64,000 nucleotides of DNA from a virus (IMGVR_UViG_2974799246_000001:64001-128000); one strand, 5' to 3'. Positions 1-9,979 are shown, counted from the stretch's first letter. Notes: generated from the sequence alone by a model not told the origin. Program-made: numbers and translations.

Positions 1-447
1 GCCAATAATGAACTCCGCAATCAGCCTGAATGAATCAAACATATCAGGCCTAAATTGTTGTGTGAGAATATGATCAACGTACGGTCTGATCTCGGTACGC
101 ATCTCATACCAACTCTCACAGAACAATGCAGGGAAGTCTTCAGGGTGATGGGCCATAAGGCCCAACACTTCTTTCTCTGTATCTGCAAAGGAACTTAAAA
201 TGTCTGAGGCATCGTCAGACGCCTCGACACCACGACCGGTCGAAATAAAACGACGCTCAATGTCTCTCAACCAAGATTCCGAAGCAGATAGGTATTGGAG
301 CAGTGTTTCTCTCGCGGCAGCCGAGAACTCATGCCTGTCGGAGTCAAGAACCTCACCGAGCATGAAGGCTTTCGCTTTGTAGAAATCAATATAGCGCTCG
401 GCGGTAAATCGTCGAAACCCTATGTTATTCCTCAAATAGCCCATCAT
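1..447 (-). CDS. Hypothetical protein, truncated by the window edge (MMGYLRNNIGFRRFTAERYIDFYKAKAF...)
   Basis: Not in the ORF track. I translated it by hand: the ATG at 447 overlaps the TGA of the upstream gene (ATGA), and the frame stays open for 149 codons to position 1. Confidence 0.8.
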   Translation of the reverse strand, partial: MMGYLRNNIGFRRFTAERYIDFYKAKAFMLGEVLDSDRHEFSAAARETLLQYLSASESWLRDIERRFISTGRGVEASDDASDILSSFADTEKEVLGLMAHHPEDFPALFCESWYEMRTEIRPYVDHILTQQFRPDMFDSFRLIAEFIIG

Positions 448-959
448 CGCAATGCCCTCAGATCATTCAACTCCGTGTTGCCTTGAGCGTTTGGAGTTGT
501 GTAGAGAGAACTGGAGATGCTCTGCAATCTCAGCCCGAGCTTCTCAAGTTCTTGCTGGTTGCCACCTAACTTCTCAAGGACTTCACGCATAAGTTCAACG
601 GAGCCTTGATGGTCACGGGATTGCTGGGAAATGATTCGTTCGAAGCGCTGCATAGCACGGAGAACAGAGTTCAATCCCTCTTTCATATCCAAATTATCGA
701 CTGGCGCAGAATCAGAAATTGACTGAATCATTCGCATCATCTGCGCCAAGTCGGCTTGCAATTCATCGCTATCTGTATTGATAGGACGACCTGCTTCTAG
801 CTCTGCGTTACGCGCTTTCAATTGCTCCAGTTCTTCAAGCTGAGGCAGTAGCTTCAACCAAACGTATGCACCACCTGCGATTAGCAGAACTACAGAGAAG
901 ACAGTCGCGTAGTTGGACGCAAGCAACTTGTCTAAAATTTCCGCCCACATTATATTCAA
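444..959 (-). CDS. Membrane protein, single N-terminal TM helix plus coiled coil (possible lysis protein)
   Basis: 171 aa. Hydrophobic stretch YATVFSVVLLIAGGAYVWLKLL followed by heptad-rich helical sequence; coupled to both neighbours by 4-nt overlaps. Confidence 0.75.
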   Translation of the reverse strand: MNIMWAEILDKLLASNYATVFSVVLLIAGGAYVWLKLLPQLEELEQLKARNAELEAGRPINTDSDELQADLAQMMRMIQSISDSAPVDNLDMKEGLNSVLRAMQRFERIISQQSRDHQGSVELMREVLEKLGGNQQELEKLGLRLQSISSSLYTTPNAQGNTELNDLRALR

Positions 960-1240
960 CCCTTACAGGTGTTATCGTTCAGATCAACAATGACCCTCTC
1001 GGCACCTGGTTCGTTTACGTCAGTGGTTTTGTACGTGTGCGCCATCCTAGGCTTGAACTCTAAGCAGCTCTGACCGTAACGTCCATCGACAACACAGATG
1101 GCGGACAGGCAACTCACATCTTCCTTGAGAATTAAATTTTCAGGAGACTGGTTGACACTCCTAACGGCAGTGATTACAAACCCAACCACAGCGATAGCAA
1201 TGACAACCACAATGGCAATCCTAATTCGCTTGGCTTGCAT
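956..1240 (-). CDS. Small membrane-anchored protein with Cys-containing exported domain
   Basis: 94 aa. Basic N-terminus, TM IAIVVVIAIAVVGFVITAV, four Cys; GAGG SD and GCTAATTT motif upstream. Confidence 0.75.
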   Translation of the reverse strand: MQAKRIRIAIVVVIAIAVVGFVITAVRSVNQSPENLILKEDVSCLSAICVVDGRYGQSCLEFKPRMAHTYKTTDVNEPGAERVIVDLNDNTCKG

Positions 1241-1275
1241 TTTTGGTTCTACCTCACAGTCCTTTTATCTGACTG

Positions 1276-1283
1276 AAATTAGC
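1276..1283 (-). promoter_or_regulatory. Putative late promoter motif GCTAATTT
   Basis: The same 8-mer sits about 24-43 nt upstream of several operon-leading genes. Confidence 0.55.
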
Positions 1284-1305
1284 GAACCACACGCCCTGCG
1301 AGGAT

Positions 1306-2334
1306 TTATTCCTCCAATACGCCACTAATCTCCGCAAACATATTTTTGTACACTAAACTCCCACCAAGTTTGTCCAATCTGTCCACCAGCACATATAGCT
1401 TCGGTGTCGTGCGCATGTTAGCCCACGTCTTCTCGTTCGGGTCGAGTCCGCCTACAGTAGGCACAATCACCAGACTGAGGTTTTTATTGGCTCGAACGAA
1501 ACCGATATCCAGATGCGTCCTGTTTATAGTCCTGATAAGCCTATTGATTGCGTCCAAACCAACAGGCTTGTTGAATTCCGTATCATTGACAGTGTTGACC
1601 AAACTAATGAGAATTCCTTTGTCTTTCGTGTCGATATCAAACAGGTCTGCTTTCAGATCTGCCACAGTCGATGCCGAGAAGTATGACACGTCGTGGTTAA
1701 GATCTTTCAGGCAGGAACCTAAGGCACGCGCCGATTCGATGTGAGCCACGTTGTCATCCCGAAGAATATACACAGGCGCATCTGGCTGGTGGGTGCGTTT
1801 CGATATCAAATCAATAAGCTCGCAAGAGGGTCGACCAACAGTAGCCAGCCCCTTGTTAGCAATATAGAATTTGTCACGATACACGTCATATATGTTAGGA
1901 GGCATATACTTCATGTAGTCATCGTCCAGACTAAGAATCATTCGGGGCTTAGTTAATTGAACGACCAACTGCATACTACGGAGCGAAGCCTTGTACTCTG
2001 TATCGGAAAGCACACGGCTAATCGGCAGATACTGCACAACCACAAAGCGTTCGTCGATTGAGTCAACGACAGACCGTATGAGTGTGCTGCCTAATGTAGG
2101 TCCAGCAGAGAACTGGGTAACGATCATCAAACTGCCTGCGACCAAGCTACGTGTCTTAGCTACCGTCTGACCGCTACCCAGCTCGACTACGGAGGACTCC
2201 CACGTTAAGGCTGGATCGTCTCGTCCGCTATCGGCATGTACATAAGCTGCGCTACACCAGAGACAGGCTCCAAGAATGTAAGCAGCAATACGTTGTCCGG
2301 ATCGGCCTCTGCTGGATTGACCGTTTCGGGCCAT
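1306..2334 (-). CDS. Secreted protein resembling ABC-type/periplasmic substrate-binding proteins
   Basis: 342 aa. GAGGAG SD before ATG 2334; Sec-type signal RIAAYILGACLWCSAAYVHA/D; alternating beta/alpha pattern with KPRMILSLDDD and VYILRDD motifs. Confidence 0.55.
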   Translation of the reverse strand: MARNGQSSRGRSGQRIAAYILGACLWCSAAYVHADSGRDDPALTWESSVVELGSGQTVAKTRSLVAGSLMIVTQFSAGPTLGSTLIRSVVDSIDERFVVVQYLPISRVLSDTEYKASLRSMQLVVQLTKPRMILSLDDDYMKYMPPNIYDVYRDKFYIANKGLATVGRPSCELIDLISKRTHQPDAPVYILRDDNVAHIESARALGSCLKDLNHDVSYFSASTVADLKADLFDIDTKDKGILISLVNTVNDTEFNKPVGLDAINRLIRTINRTHLDIGFVRANKNLSLVIVPTVGGLDPNEKTWANMRTTPKLYVLVDRLDKLGGSLVYKNMFAEISGVLEE

Positions 2335-3032
2335 AGCACTTCTCCTCTCTCGTCAGTGACGTAAGGAATGCCGGCGCCTTTACCCAATCCGTGTCGTAAA
2401 GCCCAAACAGTGTCGGCATTCTCCTGCACGAACACTAACCCTTTGACTTGCACATCGGACGTTGCATTCTCCAGTACCTCAACACGCTTCTCAAGAAGCT
2501 CGGCATCGGATTGCAGCACACGAATAGCAGACAGGTTAGAGTTAACGCGCTGGTTCATGTTGTTGAACATGGTGAAGAACGAGTTGTTCATCGCCGTGCG
2601 AACGCCGTCCGTATAGGACTTTGGAATTAGTTCATCGTTGTCAAACGTTGTTACGCCTGTACGCGCGAGAACTTTACCGGTAAGACGTCCACCACTTGCG
2701 CTGATAATCTGAGGAGCAGGCAAATCAGCCTCATCCCAGATTTGAACAGTGGTCATCACCGTATTGTAGTCGGTCTCTTCCTGCCACGTATTCTTATACG
2801 GTGCAGTAGCCGTTTTGGACTTACGACGCATGACTTTCTTATAGCCAGCGTTCGATCCATCGGCGATGATCCAGAGACCGTTCAGTGGAAATACGTGAGT
2901 AATAGGTTCGGCGAACGAAAGAATAATCGTAACGTCGGCGCCTACCTTGTACGCAATATCGTTCGACGCAGAAAGCCCTTGCTGTTGAGCAAGAGCAATC
3001 AGCGTGTCCACGTAGTTAGTCAACTGGCTCAT
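2205..3032 (-). CDS. Tail-fibre-associated structural protein
   Basis: 275 aa. Coiled coil followed by FVQENADTVWALRHGLG, a motif common in phage fibre proteins; lies in the fibre cluster. Confidence 0.6.
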   Translation of the reverse strand: MSQLTNYVDTLIALAQQQGLSASNDIAYKVGADVTIILSFAEPITHVFPLNGLWIIADGSNAGYKKVMRRKSKTATAPYKNTWQEETDYNTVMTTVQIWDEADLPAPQIISASGGRLTGKVLARTGVTTFDNDELIPKSYTDGVRTAMNNSFFTMFNNMNQRVNSNLSAIRVLQSDAELLEKRVEVLENATSDVQVKGLVFVQENADTVWALRHGLGKGAGIPYVTDERGEVLWPETVNPAEADPDNVLLLTFLEPVSGVAQLMYMPIADETIQP

Positions 3033-3492
3033 CCGAAACTCCTAACGATTTTAAAATTGAAGAACTTGTATCGGAGAAGGCCTTAGCTATTGCTTTAGCG
3101 GCAACCTTATCGACAACGAGAGTGCTGATTCGGCCTTTGGTGTTGCATACAACTGTTTGCGGTGCATACTGTGCAAGCGCCAAAGCGAATAGCAGATGGT
3201 TGCCTAGATCACCAGAGATAGAAACCTCCACGTCAAGTTCAGGCACGTAGATGTTCTGGTTGATTTCGGCAACAAACTGCGCCAGCGCAACGGGGTCGAA
3301 CTCGGGAAGCGCTGTATCATAGTCCTCAACAAGATCAATCTGTCCTGTTTCCGGATAGTAACGAAATGCAGCAGGGTCCGAGATGATGCGACCGAATAGA
3401 TCGTCGCTCACCTCGATGCAATACTCATCCGTCTTTTCACGCACACGACCAACAATGCTGTTGTTCGCTGGGTTGATTCTGATAATAGGCAT
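3016..3492 (-). CDS. Hypothetical protein, possible fibre assembly chaperone
   Basis: 158 aa ORF directly downstream of a fibre gene; function inferred from position only. Confidence 0.6.
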   Translation of the reverse strand: MPIIRINPANNSIVGRVREKTDEYCIEVSDDLFGRIISDPAAFRYYPETGQIDLVEDYDTALPEFDPVALAQFVAEINQNIYVPELDVEVSISGDLGNHLLFALALAQYAPQTVVCNTKGRISTLVVDKVAAKAIAKAFSDTSSSILKSLGVSDEPVD

Positions 3493-3494
3493 AG

Positions 3495-4316
3495 TTAATC
3501 TCCCTTAGCCTCGAACCAGAAGTCCCAGCCTACAGTATTGGTGCCGCTGGACTTAATGGTAAAGCCACCTAACAAGGCGTTCTCGTTCACTGCACTAGTA
3601 CCATCAAGGTTGTAGAGCGTAAACGTCTTAGCCTGGTTCGTTGCCGCATTCAAGAACGTAATCTGAATGCTTAGGCAGCGGTTGATGAATGGGCTGTTGA
3701 AGATAACGTGAATGGTGTCAGTAGTTGATTTGTTCACGATGCGACCCATGTTCTGGGTAAAGCCCGTGTTCATATCGCGGTTGCTACCAATCCATGCGTT
3801 TGGAATCACAGCACCTGTTACAGGGTCAAGTGCTTGCGCTGTTCGATACTCGTCGATAGCAGCATCACGCCCCGGGTTACCAGTAGGACCCGTCGCACCA
3901 GTAGGGCCGACTGCGCCCGTGTTACCAGTAGCGCCGACAGGGCCCGTGTTACCAGTAGGACCGTTACGGCCTCTTGGGCCACGAGGGCCAGGACAACCGT
4001 CTTCACCATCACGTCCGTCACGACCATCAGCACCAGGAAGACCGCGTAAGCCGTCTTTACCCTGCTTGCCTTCACGTCCTGACTTGAGCTGGTCGGCAGT
4101 AGGCAAACCAATAACGTTCGTCTGACTGCCGTCCGGCCAAATGAGTGTTAACGTACCTGTTGTCGTATCGAACTGAGCACCCTGAGCACCTGGAATCTTC
4201 GCAGCTTCTTGCGGACTGATAAACGCGACCGCAGTAGAAGTCTTCTTACCTAGCACTTTACCGACGGGGTCGGTGCCACCGTCGATGAGTGAAGGATTAA
4301 TGCGTGTTAAAGACAT
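3495..4316 (-). CDS. Collagen-like fibre protein with C-terminal beta domain
   Basis: 273 aa. Continuous Gly-X-Y run (GREGKQGKDG...GPTGNPGRD), preceded by the FDTTTGTLTL...GLPT motif. Confidence 0.85.
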   Translation of the reverse strand: MSLTRINPSLIDGGTDPVGKVLGKKTSTAVAFISPQEAAKIPGAQGAQFDTTTGTLTLIWPDGSQTNVIGLPTADQLKSGREGKQGKDGLRGLPGADGRDGRDGEDGCPGPRGPRGRNGPTGNTGPVGATGNTGAVGPTGATGPTGNPGRDAAIDEYRTAQALDPVTGAVIPNAWIGSNRDMNTGFTQNMGRIVNKSTTDTIHVIFNSPFINRCLSIQITFLNAATNQAKTFTLYNLDGTSAVNENALLGGFTIKSSGTNTVGWDFWFEAKGD

Positions 4317-4326
4317 GGGTGAACTC

Positions 4327-4530
4327 CTAACCAGTCAGTGTTGTCCAATCAGGTTGGCCCGATTGCCCGGCTTCTGGGTTTTTGACTTTCGTGTTATTGA
4401 TCGTCATACGAACCCAACGGACAGTACCGTCCGCATCTTGCCACCGAACCTTCGTGCCACCGTATGCTAAATTAGCTACCCATCTGTCTCTGCTTGGGTC
4501 TTTGAATGCTAAACGTGCATATGCAGGCAT
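4327..4530 (-). CDS. Small Trp-rich fibre-associated protein
   Basis: 67 aa. TAAGGAG SD; resembles the N-terminus of the 672-aa protein. Confidence 0.7.
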   Translation of the reverse strand: MPAYARLAFKDPSRDRWVANLAYGGTKVRWQDADGTVRWVRMTINNTKVKNPEAGQSGQPDWTTLTG

Positions 4531-4539
4531 AAGTTCTCC

Positions 4540-7416
4540 TTACTCGATCTCACTCGGTTCCCAGCACAGAATTGGGCGGCGCCATACTTGGAACACACCG
4601 ATAGGCGAAGCACGGCCAGAATCAATGAAGCAGTCCATAGTTGTACCACCAGAGTTACCGCTCTGCATAAGAGTTTGCAGGTTAGCAATCCAAGAAGCAC
4701 GTCCACCAGAGTCTGCCTCAAACAGTCCTTCCCACACCATATCAAAAGCACCGTTCCATGCGTTGAAGTGGTGAGAAGAATACGCACCATCACCGACTGA
4801 ACAAAGAACCATGTACTGGTAATCTTTGACGCAAGGAATAGCGTAGTTATTGCCGCGCGGAACTGCTGTACCGTTGTTATTAAAGATACACTCCCAGCCA
4901 GTACGATCAGCAGCACCAGTAGTTAAGAACAGAGGACGACGAATGATCATCATAATCCCGTTCTCACCGCCATTGTTGCTGGACTTCTCGCAGTACGCAT
5001 TACAACGTAAGGAACGGTCCACAGTGAATGTGGTTGAGTTTGAGAAGTCACGGCAGTAGTAGTTCGATCCCCACTTAGGCAGATATTCTGCTGGTGGTAC
5101 AAAGAAGTGACGCTCCGCAAGTTCGATCTCACCGTAACGGTCGTAAGCAAATACAATGTACTCGTAGCCCGCCTCAATCTGAATGTTGTGGCCTTGACTG
5201 CCGATACCATTCCACTTCCATACAACCTGCCAATCGTTCGTATCACGTTCAGGCATTTCGGTAATCAACTGATAAGGACGCTCATATACGTGCCACACCT
5301 TCCCTTCTTCTGTCGTGTTGATATACAACGAAGAAGGGTCATTGATGTTGCCGTTAGACGTACCACAATAAACTTTATGCGATGCACCAGCAGAGTTGTA
5401 GATAGTGCCTGAGCTTACAGACTGGAACATGTCCCAGTTCATCATCAGGTGCGAGGTACACATTTCATTCTGGCCACTACCATCAGAGGTTGTGAGCAGG
5501 TACTCGTTGAGGTCTTTGAACGCATAGCGCACATAGTTAGAGCCAGCACGGTTAACGCGGTGTACCCAGTCATGCGATTGAACTTTCGGCACAGGGAAGC
5601 AAGGGTTAGTGACAGACACGACGAAGTTTTTAGTTTCGTACATCGGCAGTTTCTTGAAGCGGTTATCACGAATCGTTACCGTGTGCTTCATGCCATATGT
5701 CTGCGCACCATCCATACCGCCCAGCACTTTGTAGTACGACTCATGCGCACTCTTGGTGTTTTCGTACAGACTAGTGATGCCAAGCCCAACGTTGCCGTCA
5801 CGGTCAGTGCCGCAGCAGAAGGGCACGTTACCTGAATCAAAGTCAAAGCCAACAGAGTAATAGCTGTCAGGTGAACTTGATTTAGGGCCCCAGTAGAGTT
5901 CGGTGTAAGCAGAACCTTCACCGATACCCGGCTCACCGAACACGCAGTATGCAGCACGATACACGTACTGACTGCCCTGGAACACACGGCGCGATGCACC
6001 AATGCGATACATAGCAGCAGGAAGGCCACCCTGAACACGGTTAACGTCAGCCGTATCATACGACACAACGAAGACATAACAGTCGGTGCCGATTGAGTTG
6101 AGGAACGCAGCACAGGCAGCAGCGTTAGTTGTACCTGGAGCTGTACCTTCGGCCGATGCGTGAATGTCAAACGAGCGGCGCTCAAGCAACGCAAGGTCAG
6201 ACTTACGAATCTTATAGACGTTCAGGCCACGCGTATCTCGGTACGTCACACCATTATAGACAGTGTAGCCATAGTCACCAGTGTCTAGGTAACGCTGATA
6301 ACCAACTACGTGCGAGAACAGTTTACTACGTGCTTGCAGCGACTGACCATTCTGATTCGACCAACTGACCGACACATCACCAGCAGCCATACGTGCTGCC
6401 CAGTCATCAGGCTTGTATGGGTATGTGGTAACATCGAAGTTCACACCGTACGCGGAGCCTGGCTCTACGCAGCATGGATTGCGATAGATGATTGGTGGAT
6501 CAATCACTATGTCATCAGGAATATCGACTTGACCGCAGTACAGTTGCTTCCACGTACCAGGCTGACCTCCGAGCGAACTAGGTCCCGCAGCAGGTGTTGT
6601 GTTGAACTGATAGATAGCAGACGTGCGATAGTTAATCTGATTGTGAAGCTGAGGAACGTTCGTCCACGCAATGTGATTACCGAACGAGTTAATGCTTTTG
6701 TCGTGTGCTGCAGGAGTCGAGACAACATAAGCCTGACCGTTACTGCGAATGCCGAGTGGGTTGAAGATAGCGTTGAAGTTAACGTTACCCTCGTAGGCAT
6801 TCTTCTGCAATACAATCAGGTGGACTCCGTTGCGGTGAGCTTCACGTAAAGCAGTGAGCATCGCTGTAGGCATACTCTGGTTAGTCGCAGACAACAGCAG
6901 CATGACACAACTGAACTGTTTGAAGTAACGGTAGTCGCCGTTGTACCCGTAAGCGCCTGCGTTAATCTCCTGCCAGCTATGCGCTAACATATCGAGAGGC
7001 ATACGCTGCATGTAACCAACGAGCTGGCCCCATGATTCCATTGCTGTGTCGTCGTTGACAGGAGCAAGGTCGGAGATGACCAACATCGTACTGCCGTTTG
7101 TAATGTTTGCGTTGAAGCCACGCTGGGTCAGCAAATGGCGGAACACACCCATGTTGTTGATAGACTTGTTACGGTAGTTGCCCATCCAGCCGTAGTTTGA
7201 ATCCACAAGAGGGCTACCGTCTCGAACAAATCGACCATTCATATAAACAGAGGCAAAGCCGCAGACGTATGCTTGCGCGTGTCCGTCCACTACGAACGAA
7301 GTAAAGCGGGAAGCATCTACCGCCATCGCATTAACAGCAGCCTCAGAGCCATTGCCGGGACTACCACTAAACACAGGAGTGATGCCTCGTGCGTACAGGC
7401 AACTTTGTTGCAGCAT
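4540..7416 (-). CDS. Multidomain fibre/adhesin protein with ILEI (PANDER/GG-type) domain
   Basis: 958 aa. RGLNVY..RRSFDIH..AFLNSI...VFVVSYD...RIGAS...YRAAYCVFG matches the ILEI pattern; three C-terminal repeats ending V/I-x-E/R-RP. Confidence 0.75.
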   Translation of the reverse strand: MLQQSCLYARGITPVFSGSPGNGSEAAVNAMAVDASRFTSFVVDGHAQAYVCGFASVYMNGRFVRDGSPLVDSNYGWMGNYRNKSINNMGVFRHLLTQRGFNANITNGSTMLVISDLAPVNDDTAMESWGQLVGYMQRMPLDMLAHSWQEINAGAYGYNGDYRYFKQFSCVMLLLSATNQSMPTAMLTALREAHRNGVHLIVLQKNAYEGNVNFNAIFNPLGIRSNGQAYVVSTPAAHDKSINSFGNHIAWTNVPQLHNQINYRTSAIYQFNTTPAAGPSSLGGQPGTWKQLYCGQVDIPDDIVIDPPIIYRNPCCVEPGSAYGVNFDVTTYPYKPDDWAARMAAGDVSVSWSNQNGQSLQARSKLFSHVVGYQRYLDTGDYGYTVYNGVTYRDTRGLNVYKIRKSDLALLERRSFDIHASAEGTAPGTTNAAACAAFLNSIGTDCYVFVVSYDTADVNRVQGGLPAAMYRIGASRRVFQGSQYVYRAAYCVFGEPGIGEGSAYTELYWGPKSSSPDSYYSVGFDFDSGNVPFCCGTDRDGNVGLGITSLYENTKSAHESYYKVLGGMDGAQTYGMKHTVTIRDNRFKKLPMYETKNFVVSVTNPCFPVPKVQSHDWVHRVNRAGSNYVRYAFKDLNEYLLTTSDGSGQNEMCTSHLMMNWDMFQSVSSGTIYNSAGASHKVYCGTSNGNINDPSSLYINTTEEGKVWHVYERPYQLITEMPERDTNDWQVVWKWNGIGSQGHNIQIEAGYEYIVFAYDRYGEIELAERHFFVPPAEYLPKWGSNYYCRDFSNSTTFTVDRSLRCNAYCEKSSNNGGENGIMMIIRRPLFLTTGAADRTGWECIFNNNGTAVPRGNNYAIPCVKDYQYMVLCSVGDGAYSSHHFNAWNGAFDMVWEGLFEADSGGRASWIANLQTLMQSGNSGGTTMDCFIDSGRASPIGVFQVWRRPILCWEPSEIE

Positions 7417-7436
7417 GTTATGTCCTTAAGATCGGC

Positions 7437-7460
7437 AAGAGGGGCCGAAGCCCCTTCTTT
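7437..7460 (-). terminator. UUCG hairpin (weak terminator or stabilising stem)
   Basis: AAGAAGGGGC-TTCG-GCCCCTCTT directly after the stop codon of the 672-aa gene; poor U-tract on the minus strand. Confidence 0.55.
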
Positions 7461-9478
7461 TAGTCGAATACTACGTTTGTGATTGCGATGTAGTCCATGT
7501 TGATACCATCACCCCTATCCCAACCAGACGACACGTACAGCCAAATCTCTTGACCGACAGGTACGTCTACGTTTATCGTGTAGGTCTGGATCGCGGTGTT
7601 GTTCAGTGGATGGAAGACATTGTTCGGCGCACTGCGCTCGTACCAATCAAGGCCGCTATGCCATGAACCCTGTCTACCTGAGTAGCGAATATCAACAGTG
7701 ATTTGAGTAATGCGGCGCGTGAAGAAGTTGTTCCATTTGAACCAACCTTTCGAGCCACCCCAAAGAACACCGTAGTCACCGTCAGGCGAACGTACCTGCG
7801 ACCAGAAGTCACCAAAGCCACGACCACCAGTATGTTCAATCTGATAGCAGTACCAAGGGAAACTATCTGCAACAGGAGGCTGTGCGTTGTCACCTTCAAT
7901 CGTCACACAACGATAAGGAACCGTGAAGTCACTAACGTTGATATGCGGCGGCTGAATAGGACAGTACACATAGTACGACCAATCACATCCGATAGGTGCT
8001 GTCACGCGTACAGTGATGTTAGCGCGAAGCACATGCTCAGGGTATTTCCAAAATTCGAGTGTACCAGTTTTCCCAGCTACAACGATTGACGTATCAAGCA
8101 GGTTCATGTTCTGGTCAAACACTTCAAACTTCGTATCAAACGAATTGGCCACACAAACAATAAGCTGTGCGCGAATGTCCGTTTGAGTTCCTAATGCAAA
8201 ATTATCTTCTGTAGTTGGATGCCCGGCAGAGTACACGCTGTAACTCTGACATGGGTGCATAAACTCACGCGCACCACGTTCACCAGGACAGTACAGGCTG
8301 TAGAAGCAACTGGCAAGCGATGCAGCGTTACCGAAGTCCTTGCTAACCACACGCACCATGATATCACACGCAACACCTTTCGGGTCGAAGTAGAAGTACA
8401 GGTAACCTTCTCCCGTCTGTGCGTCAAGTGTTGTTGCGATACGTCTGCCTGATTGATAGACCTCGATGAAGTCGAAGGTTTCCCATGACGTGTAATCGAG
8501 ATACATCCAGCCAGCTACCCAACCTATGAAGTGATAATACTCAAACGCGTTCGAGTTCTGAATGCGTTCTGTAATCGGCCAGACAGTTGCATGACAAGGT
8601 GCCGGGAAGATAGGGCTACCGATATAATCTGGATGAATGACGTCAGGGAAGTTGATAACGTCATACGCTGCCTGACTATCGAGAGCTAATCCACCACGAT
8701 CCGAAGGTGCTGCAAGACGAGGCGGATAGACTTCTAAGCTCCAGCTATAGCCCTGCGTAGTACGCACACGCACCATGATACGCATATCAGCAGCGTCAGG
8801 GTCAAACTGGAACTTGATACGCGAACGACCAACAACCTTACCGCATGTCGAAGCAACACGCACACCCATGTGGTACACGTCAACGCTTGCACCCGCAGGA
8901 GCATACGATGCAATCATCAGCTCCACGTAGCCTTCAACAGCAGGCATTGCGTAGATTGTTTCAGTGATTGTTGCACCACGACCATGAGTGGACGCATACG
9001 GAACGTTAGGGTTAGCATATGTGCCAAGCCCTGAACGCGAGGCCACGCCGACAGGGTCGTAGGTCTCAATAGTCTTAATACCAGGGCGATTGATAGATCG
9101 TCCAGTAGGTGGAGCAAATGAGTTAACAAGGCCGAAGCCAGTACGCCCAGCATCAGGCAAATCAAAGCCAGCAGGATAGCCTTTAAGAATATCATACTTC
9201 TCACGACCACCTGAGCCGATGCCATTACCAGAGCCTTTAGTTGTCGATGTAGGACCGCCGCCACACGCACCAGTTTCGAGATTCGAACAAGGGTCATCGT
9301 AAGTGGGATCGAACGAGTCATCAATTAGATGCCAGCGTTGACCCCACTGATTTCTGACGCTGAACTTCTCAGGAGTAAGAGGAGTCCAGTCACCTTCTTG
9401 TGTGCGTATGAACATAGGCGTGTCAACACAATCGTGCCAACCGTTATTCGCAGCATTACGAACGCGAAAACGTGCCAC
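7460..9478 (-). CDS. Fibre-associated protein with three tandem beta-sandwich repeats
   Basis: 672 aa. Repeats ending WSLEVYPP, YSLYCP and WSYYVYCP; GGAG SD, GTG start. Confidence 0.75.
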   Translation of the reverse strand: MARFRVRNAANNGWHDCVDTPMFIRTQEGDWTPLTPEKFSVRNQWGQRWHLIDDSFDPTYDDPCSNLETGACGGGPTSTTKGSGNGIGSGGREKYDILKGYPAGFDLPDAGRTGFGLVNSFAPPTGRSINRPGIKTIETYDPVGVASRSGLGTYANPNVPYASTHGRGATITETIYAMPAVEGYVELMIASYAPAGASVDVYHMGVRVASTCGKVVGRSRIKFQFDPDAADMRIMVRVRTTQGYSWSLEVYPPRLAAPSDRGGLALDSQAAYDVINFPDVIHPDYIGSPIFPAPCHATVWPITERIQNSNAFEYYHFIGWVAGWMYLDYTSWETFDFIEVYQSGRRIATTLDAQTGEGYLYFYFDPKGVACDIMVRVVSKDFGNAASLASCFYSLYCPGERGAREFMHPCQSYSVYSAGHPTTEDNFALGTQTDIRAQLIVCVANSFDTKFEVFDQNMNLLDTSIVVAGKTGTLEFWKYPEHVLRANITVRVTAPIGCDWSYYVYCPIQPPHINVSDFTVPYRCVTIEGDNAQPPVADSFPWYCYQIEHTGGRGFGDFWSQVRSPDGDYGVLWGGSKGWFKWNNFFTRRITQITVDIRYSGRQGSWHSGLDWYERSAPNNVFHPLNNTAIQTYTINVDVPVGQEIWLYVSSGWDRGDGINMDYIAITNVVFD

Positions 9479-9487
9479 ATGTTCTCC

Positions 9488-9979
9488 TTATGGGCGAACC
9501 CAGATTGCGCCAGGTGCGATCTCATTATCAATGGCAGGGTCAGTGTCTTGAACAAACACCTGTACTGCACCAGGATTACCGGGAGCACCTGTTGCGCCAG
9601 TAGGACCAGTTGGACCGGCAGGACCACGATTACCCACATAGCCCTGTTTACCCATCTGACCATCAGAGCCACGAGGGCCTGGGCAGCCGTCAGTACCGCG
9701 ACGACCATCGTTACCCATGAGACCGTCGATACCGTCACGACCAGAAGGACCAACACCACCAGCAGGGCCATAGCCTATGCTGTGAATGGTAGGCAGTCCA
9801 GCAATCTGCAACTTACCAATCGACGGGATATTCAGAGCAAGCACACCCGTAAGAGCATCAAACGAACCGTTGAGTGTGCTGTCATCTTCGGCAGTGTCTA
9901 CTGTCAGACCGCCTTGAGTCGCTACGACAGGACCAGATGCGTTGGTCTTGACTAGCGCTATATCAACTTTTTCTACCAT
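9488..9979 (-). CDS. Collagen-like fibre protein
   Basis: 163 aa. Gly-X-Y run containing GCPG; FDALTGVL...GLPT motif. Confidence 0.85.
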   Translation of the reverse strand: MVEKVDIALVKTNASGPVVATQGGLTVDTAEDDSTLNGSFDALTGVLALNIPSIGKLQIAGLPTIHSIGYGPAGGVGPSGRDGIDGLMGNDGRRGTDGCPGPRGSDGQMGKQGYVGNRGPAGPTGPTGATGAPGNPGAVQVFVQDTDPAIDNEIAPGAIWVRP

